Below the pieces are notes generated by a model. It saw only the letters and a program-made list of their open reading frames with translations, ran no database searches and was not told the origin of the DNA. The translations under genes were made by a program, and so were the position numbers. Of a stretch of DNA of 32,000 nucleotides, positions 1-9,601 are shown piece by piece. Origin of the DNA: Amoeboradix gromovi X-113 (Eukaryota; Fungi; Sanchytriomycota); the NCBI GenBank assembly GCA_018985225.1, contig JADGIF010000018.1, forward strand, positions 1 through 32,000, written 5' to 3'. Positions within the stretch are counted from its first letter, which is position 1. Every line of letters begins with the position of its first letter.

Positions 1-20
1 AAAATACCAGTACCAATAAA

Positions 21-340
21 AAGAAGTCCTATGATATTGAGAGTTTATTTTTTGTCTTTCACTTTCACGTCAACGGTACAGAATTCATTCTTCTGCATTC
101 AAAAGCCGGTTTACAAATGAAATTGATGCCCAAAAACAAGGAAAGAAATTCGTGAAATGTAACGACGGAATTACTAGTCAGGGTATATCAATGAACTGAA
201 AATTTTGCAACTCTTTTTAATCCCACTTCAGGGCTTTAGTAATGAAAGCCAATGGGCATTACTAATTGACTGGCTGAGTCGCTTTCTATTCTGGGAAACT
301 AAGATTTTTACTAATAAGTAATCAAATAAAGTTATCATGC
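21..340 (+). pseudogene. Highly degenerate Fanzor2/TnpB-like element relic (copy F2-d) with a partial 3' scaffold
   Basis: Frameshifted peptide pieces KSYDI..SF, AFKSR and KQGKKFVKCNDGITSQ (about 133-181) match KTYDLIYLPSF, TFKECL and KQRGKTIIECNESFTSQ of the 23088 copy. Downstream aatcccacttcaggg and ttctgggaaactaagatttttact match aatcccgccacaggg and ttctggaaaatcaggacttttaac of the 23398-23508 segment. Confidence 0.5.
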
Positions 341-366
341 GCCTTATCACAAGAGTGTATTAAAAC

Positions 367-2944
367 CTATTTATTAACCTTGTATCTCAGCCACAGACTA
401 CTCAGTGTATAGAATACAAATGTTGTTGCCCATAGTACTGCTATGTCTTCTGCGTATGCTACGGATTTAAATCCAAATCTGTCTAAAACGAAATCCGCTG
501 GTACCTTTACCTTAATATCTGGATCCTCAATAAGCAACGAATGCATCTCGTTTACAATCATGCTCTCTACTGCATTTCTAAACCAGCTCAAATAACTTAC
601 GTATTTGAACATGGAATCTCCTGAATTAATATTTATTACTCGTGTTTAACAATAGTCCACTAAAAAGCATACTAGTCAGCATCGTCAATGTGGTGACTAG
701 AGTGCTCGTTCCTAAATCTGCTATTATGACAGCTACCAAATAGCAAATGGAGCTGCTAGTCACATTAAATGACACGAGTGCAATAACAAACTTCAAATAC
801 GCTAATAACTCAGGTTTTAGTCCAACCAATGGGTATAATACCAGACTAGTCAGTACTGGCGGAATGATTCTTAATGGTACCACGTCAAATAGTACGCTTG
901 TTATAAAATATATAGCAGGATGATACAACCTATTGTTCTTTTCTTTGATATAAAGTGATCTCTGTTTGTTTATATTTGTAATAAGCGATGTACAAGAAAA
1001 TCCAAATAAAGCACAAATAAAGAAGAAGCATCCCATTCTGTTCTGAATTCCTGCTATGTCTAATGTGACTTTATAATAGACGCACCCTAGCAGCACCCCT
1101 ATTATGATTGATGAAATGTAATGTGCAAATAATAGAACAGGATTCCTATACAGCATTTTGACAGTTCTTCTACTCAGTATAACAAACTGAGTCCATAAAG
1201 TAGGTTTGGTATTGGATGCGAACACATGGGGTTGGATAGAATGAGCACCTGTGCTGCGGGTGCTATAATTGGATAAAGAGGGTGACTTGCGGTACTCCGG
1301 AGGTTCATCTTTAGCATTTCTAGCAGCCAGAAGTAGATATGAGTCAGTGTTTACAAGATCCACCACATAATCAGCTATATTGTACCCAAAAGGACAAGAA
1401 AATCCCAACTGTGCAAATTTAGAGTTTATATCACTTGTAGGTCCACTGTACATCAATAGTCCATGAGAAAGCAGTATGATCTGATCAAACATTGCAAATA
1501 TATCGCTTCTGGGTTGGTGGATAGTTGTAATTATAGTTCTGTTATAATTAATTGCAAGCTTACTCAAACATTGGATTACATTTAGCGCATTGTAACTATC
1601 CAAACCACTAGTGGGCTCATCCAAAAACAATATCAGCGGGTTTTTGACTAACTCACAAGCTATGGACACTCTGCGTCGTTCTCCGCCGCTTATACCCCTT
1701 AAACCATTTCCACCTATAAACGAGTTAGCCACGTGTGTAATGCCCAGTTCTTCCATTACTTCTGCAACTCTAGCATTCTTTTCTTCCGTCCCCATATATC
1801 TAGGCAGTCGCAGCATGGCGCTTGTTGTAATAGTTTCACTTACGGTTAGATAGTCTAGCAATGAATCATCCTGTTCAACAAACCCAATTATATCTTGATA
1901 AGATTGCACGTTAGTATGCTGATCGTTTGCTTGCACAGTGCCAGTTACAATTCCATTTTTAAGTCGGTTGGCCAATATCTCTAACAATGTTGTTTTACCA
2001 GCACCGCTAGGACCCATGATACAACAAAGCTGACCCTTATTTATGGTGCCATGTATGCTGTGAAGTATTTGCTTATCATTGTATTGATAACTGATATCAG
2101 AGAAAGATAGGTCCACTCCCTCAGGGATCTGATCTGAATGATGGGGAAGTTGCATATAATCACTTAACTGGCGAGACCTGTAGATTATGAAAGCAAATAT
2201 TATAATGGCCAATGCCACAAGTGCTATTAATGGAAAGTATAAATTAAATTTGACCTTTGGCGGGTTTACAGTGCTTTCCCACTTATCAATGCATTCGCCA
2301 ACATTGCAGTTTAAATTGAAACTTTCATCGCCAAACATAGGAAGAAGTAAGTTGTCACGCAAGGCAGGCTCGGCAAAAGTAAAGCCCGTTGCAGTCTGTT
2401 TCAAAACCCCAGGACCTTTAACATACTGATCAAAAAAATCAGTTAAATTCATAAATCCATTTTTACCACATAAAGTGCGACCTGGTATGCATTTGCACTT
2501 GACGTTAGTGCAGGTTGTGGTATCGTCTCCATGAGTGCACTCTGTTAATCCGCACCAAAACGATTCCTCCTTATCAAAAAAAAACTCTAAATGACAGGAT
2601 TCTGTTCGACAAGTCCATACTACTGTTAAAGGCCTTTTTTCAATAGCTACTAGACCTGAATTTGTAACATTACAATGAGCATAATTCTGACGGATTGGGT
2701 GAATTGTCGACAAACAAGTGGGTTCCAAATATTTATAAGGATTACAGGCCTCATCTAAGTTGCACACACGGCAAGTCAACCCTTCCCAGCCTTTATCGCA
2801 CTCACCTTCTCTTGGTTTCAACGGATTACCACCGATAGGGTGAGTACAGTGAGTGCCACCAAACCCAACCTCGCAATCACATTCTTCAGAATTAAGCAAT
2901 GTTGCGTTGTTGTAGCACACCGTTTTATTATCAAAACGTTCCAT
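367..2944 (-). CDS. ADP1: ABCG half-transporter with an N-terminal Cys-rich/EGF-like region (ADP1-like); exons 2944-640 and 620-367
   Basis: EGF-like Cys pattern, a TM helix, Walker A GPSGAGKTT, signature ISGGERRR, Walker B LFLDEPTSGLD, TIHQP and an ABC2 membrane domain. Removing the 19-nt intron 639-621 joins the two ORFs in frame (LLLNT-R-DSMFKY). The first ATG is at 2944. Confidence 0.9.
621..639 (-). other. 19-nt spliceosomal intron (GTAATAAATATTAATTCAG)
   Basis: GT...CAG, contains the TAA that ends the upstream ORF, phase 1; removal restores the ABCG C-terminus. Confidence 0.85.
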
Positions 2945-3000
2945 TAAATTATTCTTCTGATTAACTTGTTTCAAAAATTGTGAATTGCTTCCATCTGAAA

Positions 3001-4544
3001 ATGGCTATAATTAACACAATATTGCCAATTTCCGATTTTTATACAAATTGGCAGCAGATTATTCTTGTGACTATGTTTTTGAATGGTATCATAATCCCAA
3101 TACAGAATGCCTTCGAGTTCACTCATCCAGTTTTGGTAGTCACTAATTACATAATAGATATAGTTTTATTGGGCGATATGTTCGTAAGATCGAATCTGGC
3201 GTACATGGACAAAGGATTTTACATCATTTTATACAAGGAAACGTCTAAAAAATACTTCACAAGTAAAGAAGCTTGGTTCGATATTTTTTTTAATTTGCCA
3301 TGGGATATTCTACTCTTTTTATTCGATGATAAGTGGAGTGCGTGGGCCATGCTAAGATATATTAAGTGGGTTAGAACATTTAAAATTATTCAGTGGTTTC
3401 AGAAATACGAAGATAAGTTAGATAGCTCTAATGCGATGACTTTTGTTAAGTTTTTTATGTACATAATATTTATGACTGTTAATATGGGATCAGGATGGTA
3501 CCTTCTTGGTGGATGTTCAGTGTGTAAAGCTACTTGGGGAAGTATATATATTAAACTTTTTACTAAGTTTGATTTAGTTGTCTATTCCCTGTATTGGACA
3601 GTAACTACAATGACTACTACAGGTTATGGCGACATTCACCCAGAAAATACTTACGAACGTATGTTTGCCTCTACATTGATGGTTATGGGCGTTATTTTAT
3701 ATGGATACATTGGTGGCGGTATTGCTTCTATACTGTCAAACATGGACTCAAGACGAGTCCATTATAAAGAAAAAGTAGATGCGATCCAGACGTACATGAA
3801 TGACCATCACTTGCCAATGGATTTACAAGAAAGAGTAATTGCTTGGTATTTCTATTCATGGGAAAGAAGCAAAGGAATTGATGTCTCTAAAGTTTTTGCA
3901 GATCTTCCTACATCTTTCAGAGCAGATGTTGCTGTTAGCATGAACTATCAGACAATCATACAGACTGAAATGTTTAGCAACTGTTCTGCAAGTTTTAGAC
4001 GCATGCTTTCTCTGTCGCTAACGATTCAATATTTCACAAAAGACACAATTATTGTGCATCAGGGCGAATTGACTAAGGAGCTCTACTTTATTATCCAAGG
4101 AAGAGTTGACATTATGCACCAATTAAATTCACTTTCAAGTTTGGTGGAAAATTCATTTTTTGGTTCACTTTCACTAATTTAGGCGAGTTTATGTTAATCT
4201 TGAACCAACCTTGCGAATTCGACTATAAAGCTTTTACTAACTGCGATGTGTATACCATAACTTATGAGGTTTATCACCAGATATGTCAAGCCTATCCAGA
4301 AGAAGCAGAAAAGGTGTTAATCAACACAAAAAATAGATATGCGACATGGAAAGATACGAGCAAAAGATGGCTACGCAAAGTTGGTAAGAGAGACACTGAG
4401 GTGGGAAAAAGAAAATCATCATTTGCTTTTTTTATGCAAGAGAGTACCGACATTCGTGAAGATGCCAACATCCCATCAAACACCCATGAAGCAGCAAGTG
4501 TTCAACCTACAAAAGGTTCATCTACAAAATCTATCAATAAATAA
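3001..4544 (+). CDS. 6-TM K+ channel with a cyclic-nucleotide-binding (homology) domain (KCNH/HCN/CNG-K superfamily); exons 3001-4162 and 4183-4544
   Basis: S4-like LRYIKWVRTFK, pore YSLYW..TTMTTTGYGD, C-linker and CNBD (IVHQGE..ELYFIIQG.V). Intron removal restores the FFGE motif. Confidence 0.88.
4163..4182 (+). other. 20-nt spliceosomal intron (GTTCACTTTCACTAATTTAG)
   Basis: GT...TAG with a CTAAT branch-point-like motif; removal gives TTT G|GC GAG TTT ATG, in frame with the 4191 ORF. Confidence 0.88.
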
Positions 4545-4950
4545 GTCAACTTATTTTTATATAAAATTCGCAATCATGCATTTAATTTATAGGATTGTCC
4601 GATATGTCGCTCTGCATTTTTGTTATGCGATTTTAAAAGTTTCTGAAAACTGAGCTCTTAAAGTTCAGTAGCAAAGTACGGAACTTGACGGATATATAAG
4701 CTGGAATTCATATATCTGTTATCTGCTAAATACAATGGTTTACTGTGCGTGAGTCTTATGCCTTCTATAAAAAAGTATTTTAGCAGAGGCTCAAGCCATT
4801 TCTTTAAGTGTTTGTCTAAAACTCATGAATCTTTAAGTGTCATATCAAAATCAGAAACCAATCATTTATCTTTTTATTTCTGCCAAATCACGATATGGGC
4901 AAAATTCTGCTCGCCACTACCTTTAAATAGATTTTCCATCCAGTTATGTA

Positions 4951-6895
4951 ATGCACGAGCAACATTTCTCATTGCGAGCGGCTCTTGTTGGCTGTCTTTT
5001 AGGATCTATTATATGTGCTTCCAATATGTACTTTGGGTTTAAAGTCGGGTGGTCATTCGGTGCCACCATTTTCGCTGCAATTTTTGGGTACCCAGTTATG
5101 GTTTGGATTGCGAAAATCACAAACGGTCCCAAGTTTAATATTTACGAGCACGCCACCCTTAGTTCTGCAGCAACAGCTGCCGGTGGATTAACAAGTGCTG
5201 GTTTCGTAAACGGTTTGCCAGCTATGTATCAAATGGGTATATTTGACCACACAAAAGTTGTTGATGACTTCTGGAGAATTACTTTATGGGGGACTACAAC
5301 AGCGTTTTTTGGAATATTTTTTACCATGCCTTTGCGAAAATGGTTCGTAATTAAACAAGCTCATTTACCTTTCCCTACACCTACAGCAGCGGCTTCTTGC
5401 ATCAAAAACTTCCATCTTGAGGGGGATTCTGCATCTGGGGACAAACAGTTCAAACTGCTTTTATATACCTCTATTTTTGGGTTTTCTTGGGTAGTCATCG
5501 GATACTTCGTCCCTTATATGCGTGATTTGCCTGTGAATTTGTGGTTATCTTGGTGGACAGCAACTTGGGGCGAATCATTCACCGGATTAAGTGAAGGATT
5601 TGCTTGGCTAGATGAGACAATGTTCGTATTTACATTCTCATGGGCATTCTTTGGAGCTGGTATGATGATGGGTACTTCTACTAGTTTATGGTTCTTTGCC
5701 GGCCAAATCATATTTTGGACGGGGGTTGGCAAATACCTAATGGATGAAGGAATTGTTGTAAAAGTCACGGGCCTCAAGGATCTTGATAGTCCATCGATAC
5801 AGCTCTGGTTATTGTGGCCAGGTATAACTGCAATGATTATATCATCGTTTACTGATTTACTAATTGAAGTCCCTGGGATTATTAAGAGCGTAATAGACAC
5901 AAACACAAAATCTAAAGACGGAAAAGCTAAAGGAGAATACTTTGAAGATCCAGCACCACCAGAGCATCAAGTGCCAACTGCTTGGTGGCTAGGTGGAGGA
6001 ATCGTGGCAACTGTTTATTCGTCTATCATATTAAAATATTATTTTTATGTAGGCTACGGTGAATCATTGCTGGCTATATTTCTTGGCTTTGTAATGGCTT
6101 TTATAGGTGTACAAGCGTCTGCTGTAACCGATATCAATCCTGTTGGAACTGTGGCTAAAATATCGCAATTTGCATTCGCTAACATTCCGCAAGAGACTAA
6201 GCTGATTACGCAATCCACCTCACTCACGGCCGCTATGGTCACCGCAGGTATTTGAAATTAATTAAGGTAGTGCTGGCCATGCTTCAGATTTAATTGGAGA
6301 TTTAAGAGTAGGACATCTAGTAGGAGCAAGTCCTAAGTCACAATTTCTTGGACAGTTCTTTGGTAGTGTATTTTCGGTAGTTACTACAGTATCTTTTTTT
6401 TATTTAATGGTATTGCAATATCCATGCATCTTGGATCCTGATGGTGCTGATGCCTGCAATGCTGCTAACATTCCAAATACACCTGCTATAGCCTGGAGGT
6501 CAATAACTGAGGCATTAACTAGTGATGATGGACTATCAAAGATCCCAAAATCGTCAATTACTTGCTGTTATATCTTTGTTGTAGTAATTTTTTTAAGTAC
6601 AATTGTGGAAAAGAAGATGCTGCCAAAGAAATGGGCAGGTTTCATGCCAAATTGGTCATCCATCGGTGTGGCACTTATTAATACCAGCGCGTCTTACTCC
6701 ACTGCGATGCTATTAGGGACTATAGCATCATTAACGTGGGAAAGAAGATCTCCAAAGAGTCACGAATTACTCATGTTTAGTCTTGCAAGTGGACTTCTAG
6801 CCGGTGAAGGCATCGGAGGTCTGTTTAATTCCGTCTTTGGATTATCAGGGTTAGCCGAAGTACCGCTTCCAGAGAGATTCGGTGGATCTGGGTAA
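4951..6895 (+). CDS. OPT-superfamily (YSL-like) oligopeptide/metal-chelate transporter; exons 4951-6247 and 6267-6895
   Basis: FSLRA..G, SNMYFGFKVGW, LPFPTPTA and TDINPVG motifs. After intron removal: ASDLIGDLRVGHLVGASPKSQF and ASGLLAGEG. Confidence 0.9.
6248..6266 (+). other. 19-nt spliceosomal intron (GTATTTGAAATTAATTAAG)
   Basis: GT...AAG; of the nearby acceptors, this one restores the frame of the 6407 ORF and the DL..GHL motif. The TAG at 6268-6270 gives the wrong frame. Confidence 0.82.
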
Positions 6896-6926
6896 ATAAA
6901 TATATGACTGTATAAAATAGTCCTAT

Positions 6927-7550
6927 TTATTGCTTTATAATCTCTCTCTTCAGGTTCTTACCAAATATTAAATTAGTGCCATTTGCATTAACAACATCCA
7001 TAAAATCAAGCTTATAGTCAAATGCAGACTCTTTAAAATACGCAAAAGGGAGATAATGGTTTTCATACTTTGATATCTTAAACTCCGTTGGAAATTGCAG
7101 ACTTTCCAACAACTTTGGTAGTTCCCACTTATCTTTCAATATTTTGATGCCACATATACCAGCAACATCGGTAGGCAGGTGAAGGGTAGTCATCGTTCTA
7201 CATCTTATGTTAGGGATATTTCTCAAAATACCCTCTCTATCAACCGGAGGATCATCGCCCAACATACCACCAACAATCAAACCTATTGACAAATTTTCAT
7301 TTTTTAAATCCTTATCTTTCGTAAGACATTTGTCACCATTCAAATCTGCAAGTATAAGCAAATCAAAACCAAAACTATCGTAAACATCAACAATAGATTC
7401 GGCAATACAATTTGCAAATTCAATTTCCATCGGATAATTGGTGATTACAAGTCGAGTATTGTTATTTCTACAGTGATGGCTGAGATGCGTATATTCTATT
7501 ATTGACCAATCTGAAATTTCATCAAAGTGTTCAATAATTACGGTGATCAT
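6927..7550 (-). CDS. SFM1: SPOUT-family protein arginine methyltransferase SFM1-like
   Basis: N-terminal IIEH....W..IEY and the GGMLGDDPP.DR motif typical of Sfm1. Confidence 0.8.
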   Translation of the reverse strand: MITVIIEHFDEISDWSIIEYTHLSHHCRNNNTRLVITNYPMEIEFANCIAESIVDVYDSFGFDLLILADLNGDKCLTKDKDLKNENLSIGLIVGGMLGDDPPVDREGILRNIPNIRCRTMTTLHLPTDVAGICGIKILKDKWELPKLLESLQFPTEFKISKYENHYLPFAYFKESAFDYKLDFMDVVNANGTNLIFGKNLKREIIKQ

Positions 7551-7630
7551 CCCCTAAGTTTTGATTCAAGTAGTACAAACCAAACTTTAAAATTAAAAAC
7601 TAGGAACCAGTTGTAATGTCGAAATATAAT

Positions 7631-8416
7631 TTATTCATCCAAGTCAAACTTTTCTCTGGATTTAGTGTTAAATAATGAAGAAACAGATGAAAAACGTCTC
7701 ATTAAGGGATTTCCAGGAAGCTCTTGATATTGGGCTAGCTCTGATCCGCCAACAGTGCTCACAAATGAGCTAGTTCTATATATCATATTTTCGGTATCCT
7801 TTCTTCTTTTCCATTTACAGTACAACGGAAAACAAAGAAGGAATATGATAGTCAGTATAACCAGAACTATTCCAGATATTGCTAATGCTTTCTCAGTAAC
7901 GTTCCGGGTATTTAGAAAATTACCGGCTCCAGATTTTGAGCAAGCAACCTGATTGGCACCACTGCAACTTTTGCAAATATCATCCACTTCCAAAAGCCCG
8001 CAATTTCCAACTTTGTTATCCTCCAAAGATATGCAATTTGTGCCTTGCAAAGTGTTACAATCTGGTTTCCATTTTAGTAATCTATTTCTGGCATCAGCAG
8101 ATATTTTGCAGCTAGTCAAATTTAGAAGAGCGTATGAGTTTTGCAAAGTTAGGCAGTCGTCCCTGCATATTCTTTGTGGAGGCTCCGCACAATAAGTGGA
8201 ACTAGCAGCCAGGGAATCACAAAACACCGCGTTATAAACACTCATTGGAAATTTACATTTATCAAGCATATCAACATCTGAGTTCATCAGATCTGAAATT
8301 TTACCATCAAGGCTGTTGTCTCCAACAATCTCTTTATAATACATCCCGCCTTTCAAAACTAGCTGATTGTTCCATGCTGGGCATCTCAAAGAATTTTCAA
8401 TCTTAAAGCAAACCAT
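7631..8416 (-). CDS. Uncharacterised single-pass membrane protein with a Cys-rich N-terminal domain
   Basis: 261-aa ORF with many Cys (C..I..S..CP, ICRDDC, NCG, C..C), one hydrophobic helix (ALAISGIVLVILTIIFLLCF) and a basic stop-transfer (KWKRRK). Confidence 0.7.
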   Translation of the reverse strand: MVCFKIENSLRCPAWNNQLVLKGGMYYKEIVGDNSLDGKISDLMNSDVDMLDKCKFPMSVYNAVFCDSLAASSTYCAEPPQRICRDDCLTLQNSYALLNLTSCKISADARNRLLKWKPDCNTLQGTNCISLEDNKVGNCGLLEVDDICKSCSGANQVACSKSGAGNFLNTRNVTEKALAISGIVLVILTIIFLLCFPLYCKWKRRKDTENMIYRTSSFVSTVGGSELAQYQELPGNPLMRRFSSVSSLFNTKSREKFDLDE

Positions 8417-8518
8417 TCGAGACCTGTTTTACAAAATGTACCAAGGCACGTGTGACTTGCATAATAGCGTATGGATAAGCACAAGAATTAGACGTTTTAT
8501 CCTCTGGAAAATGCAATT

Positions 8519-9140
8519 GGGACACCAAATATAAAAACTAGACTAACTCGTTTTTAAAGGTGCACCATACGGAGGAAGTGCTATCATTTATAAAAGATCT
8601 TCTTCTTTCAAACCAATTTTCTTTCATTACTCTCAATCCTCTTTTTAAAATAAAACTAGAAGACCCTGCATCTCGTTCAAATACATGAGGTCTTTGAGCA
8701 TCTAAGCAAAAGGTGCATTTTCTTAGACGGTACTCTTATCTATTTCATTCTCACAGACACTACATTTCTTTGATTTACTGGTGTATGAAAGCTTTTGCTT
8801 TCTCTTGGCCATAACTTTATCAGGAAAGGTCTCTATTTATGTGCAAGACAGTTCTTTCTGGATAGTTCTTAAATGAAAATATACCCTATTATGAATCAGT
8901 ATTATGAATCAGTATTGTGAATCAGAGGTTTATTTGAAATAAAGACTAAATGAAAGAGTATGAGAATAGCTGTACAGAATATTTATTTTTGAAATTTCGA
9001 TACAAAGAGTTATTTATTTTCCTTTTATACTCGTCAGCTCTGCAACTAACTGAATGTCCACTCGCCTCTTGAATCCATAAAGTAATAAAGCTGAAATAAT
9101 GTTCCAAGTTGTTATAGAAAGTTAGTCTTGTTTTTACATG
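8519..9140 (-). mobile_element. Non-autonomous TIR element copy A carrying a Fanzor-like nuclease C-terminal relic
   Basis: TIR GGGACACCAAATATAAAAACTAGACTAA at 8519 and a degenerate opposite TIR at about 9122-9140. The minus strand reads SYTSKSKKCSVCENEIDKS /frameshift/ EYRLRKCTFCLDAQRPHVFERDAGSSSFILKRGL...KNELV* (stop 8540-8538). It is collinear with 13640-14115. Confidence 0.8.
8887..8925. repeat. 13-nt tandem repeat x3 (TATTATGAATCAG) inside element A
   Basis: tattatgaatcag tattatgaatcag tattgtgaatcag; absent from copy C. Confidence 0.9.
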
Positions 9141-9141
9141 T

Positions 9142-9556
9142 GGGACATCAAATATAAAAACTAGACTAAATTTTCTTAAATAGTTTGAATCATTATTTCA
9201 AGTGCGTATTAACCGATAGTAAATTAAATTAGATTAATCTGACTGGTTCAAGCAAATTATTTTAGTATAAAAGCTTTTCATCCATCAAAATCTTGGAAAC
9301 AATGACTAATAAGAAGAAGAGAAAACAAAAATAAGTTAAACGAAAGGTGGTAAGAAGAAAAAGGAACAGATAAGACACTCAAAGACCTTATTTGAAAGAG
9401 ATAGTGGGTCATCTTGTTATATTTTAAAGAGAGGAATGACATTAACGAAAGAGAATTGGTTTGATAGAAGAAGGACTTTTGTTAATAATAGTATTTCCTC
9501 TTTATGGAGCGCCTACCTTAAAAACGACTTGGTCTAGTTTTTATATTTGGTGTCCC
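9142..9556 (+). mobile_element. Non-autonomous TIR element copy B (diverged subfamily, opposite orientation to A) with both TIRs intact
   Basis: gggacatcaaatataaaaactagac at 9142 and gtctagtttttatatttggtgtccc ending at 9556. The plus strand reads FERDSGSSCYILKRGMTLTKENWFDRRRTFVNNSISSLWSAYLKNDLV* (stop 9535-9537). Confidence 0.85.
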
Positions 9557-9601
9557 ATAAGGATTGAACCTGATTGCTCATGAACTTATCATTTTTCAAA
9601 C

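Noticed and set aside
4650-4705. TPP riboswitch (CTGAG...GAACTTGA)
   Set aside because: The downstream GATAATxCC...GCG..AG elements and the spacing do not fit, and the neighbouring gene is not thiamine-related.
8424-8500. Possible 18-nt intron (gtacattttgtaaaacag, minus strand) linking a hydrophobic IKRLILVLIHTLLCKS leader to the 8416 ORF
   Set aside because: There is no in-frame ATG before the next upstream stop, and the YTAAT motif seen in the five supported introns is absent.
8887-8925. 13-nt repeats as a CRISPR-like or guide array
   Set aside because: The units are directly tandem with no spacers; this is a simple slippage duplication in one copy only.
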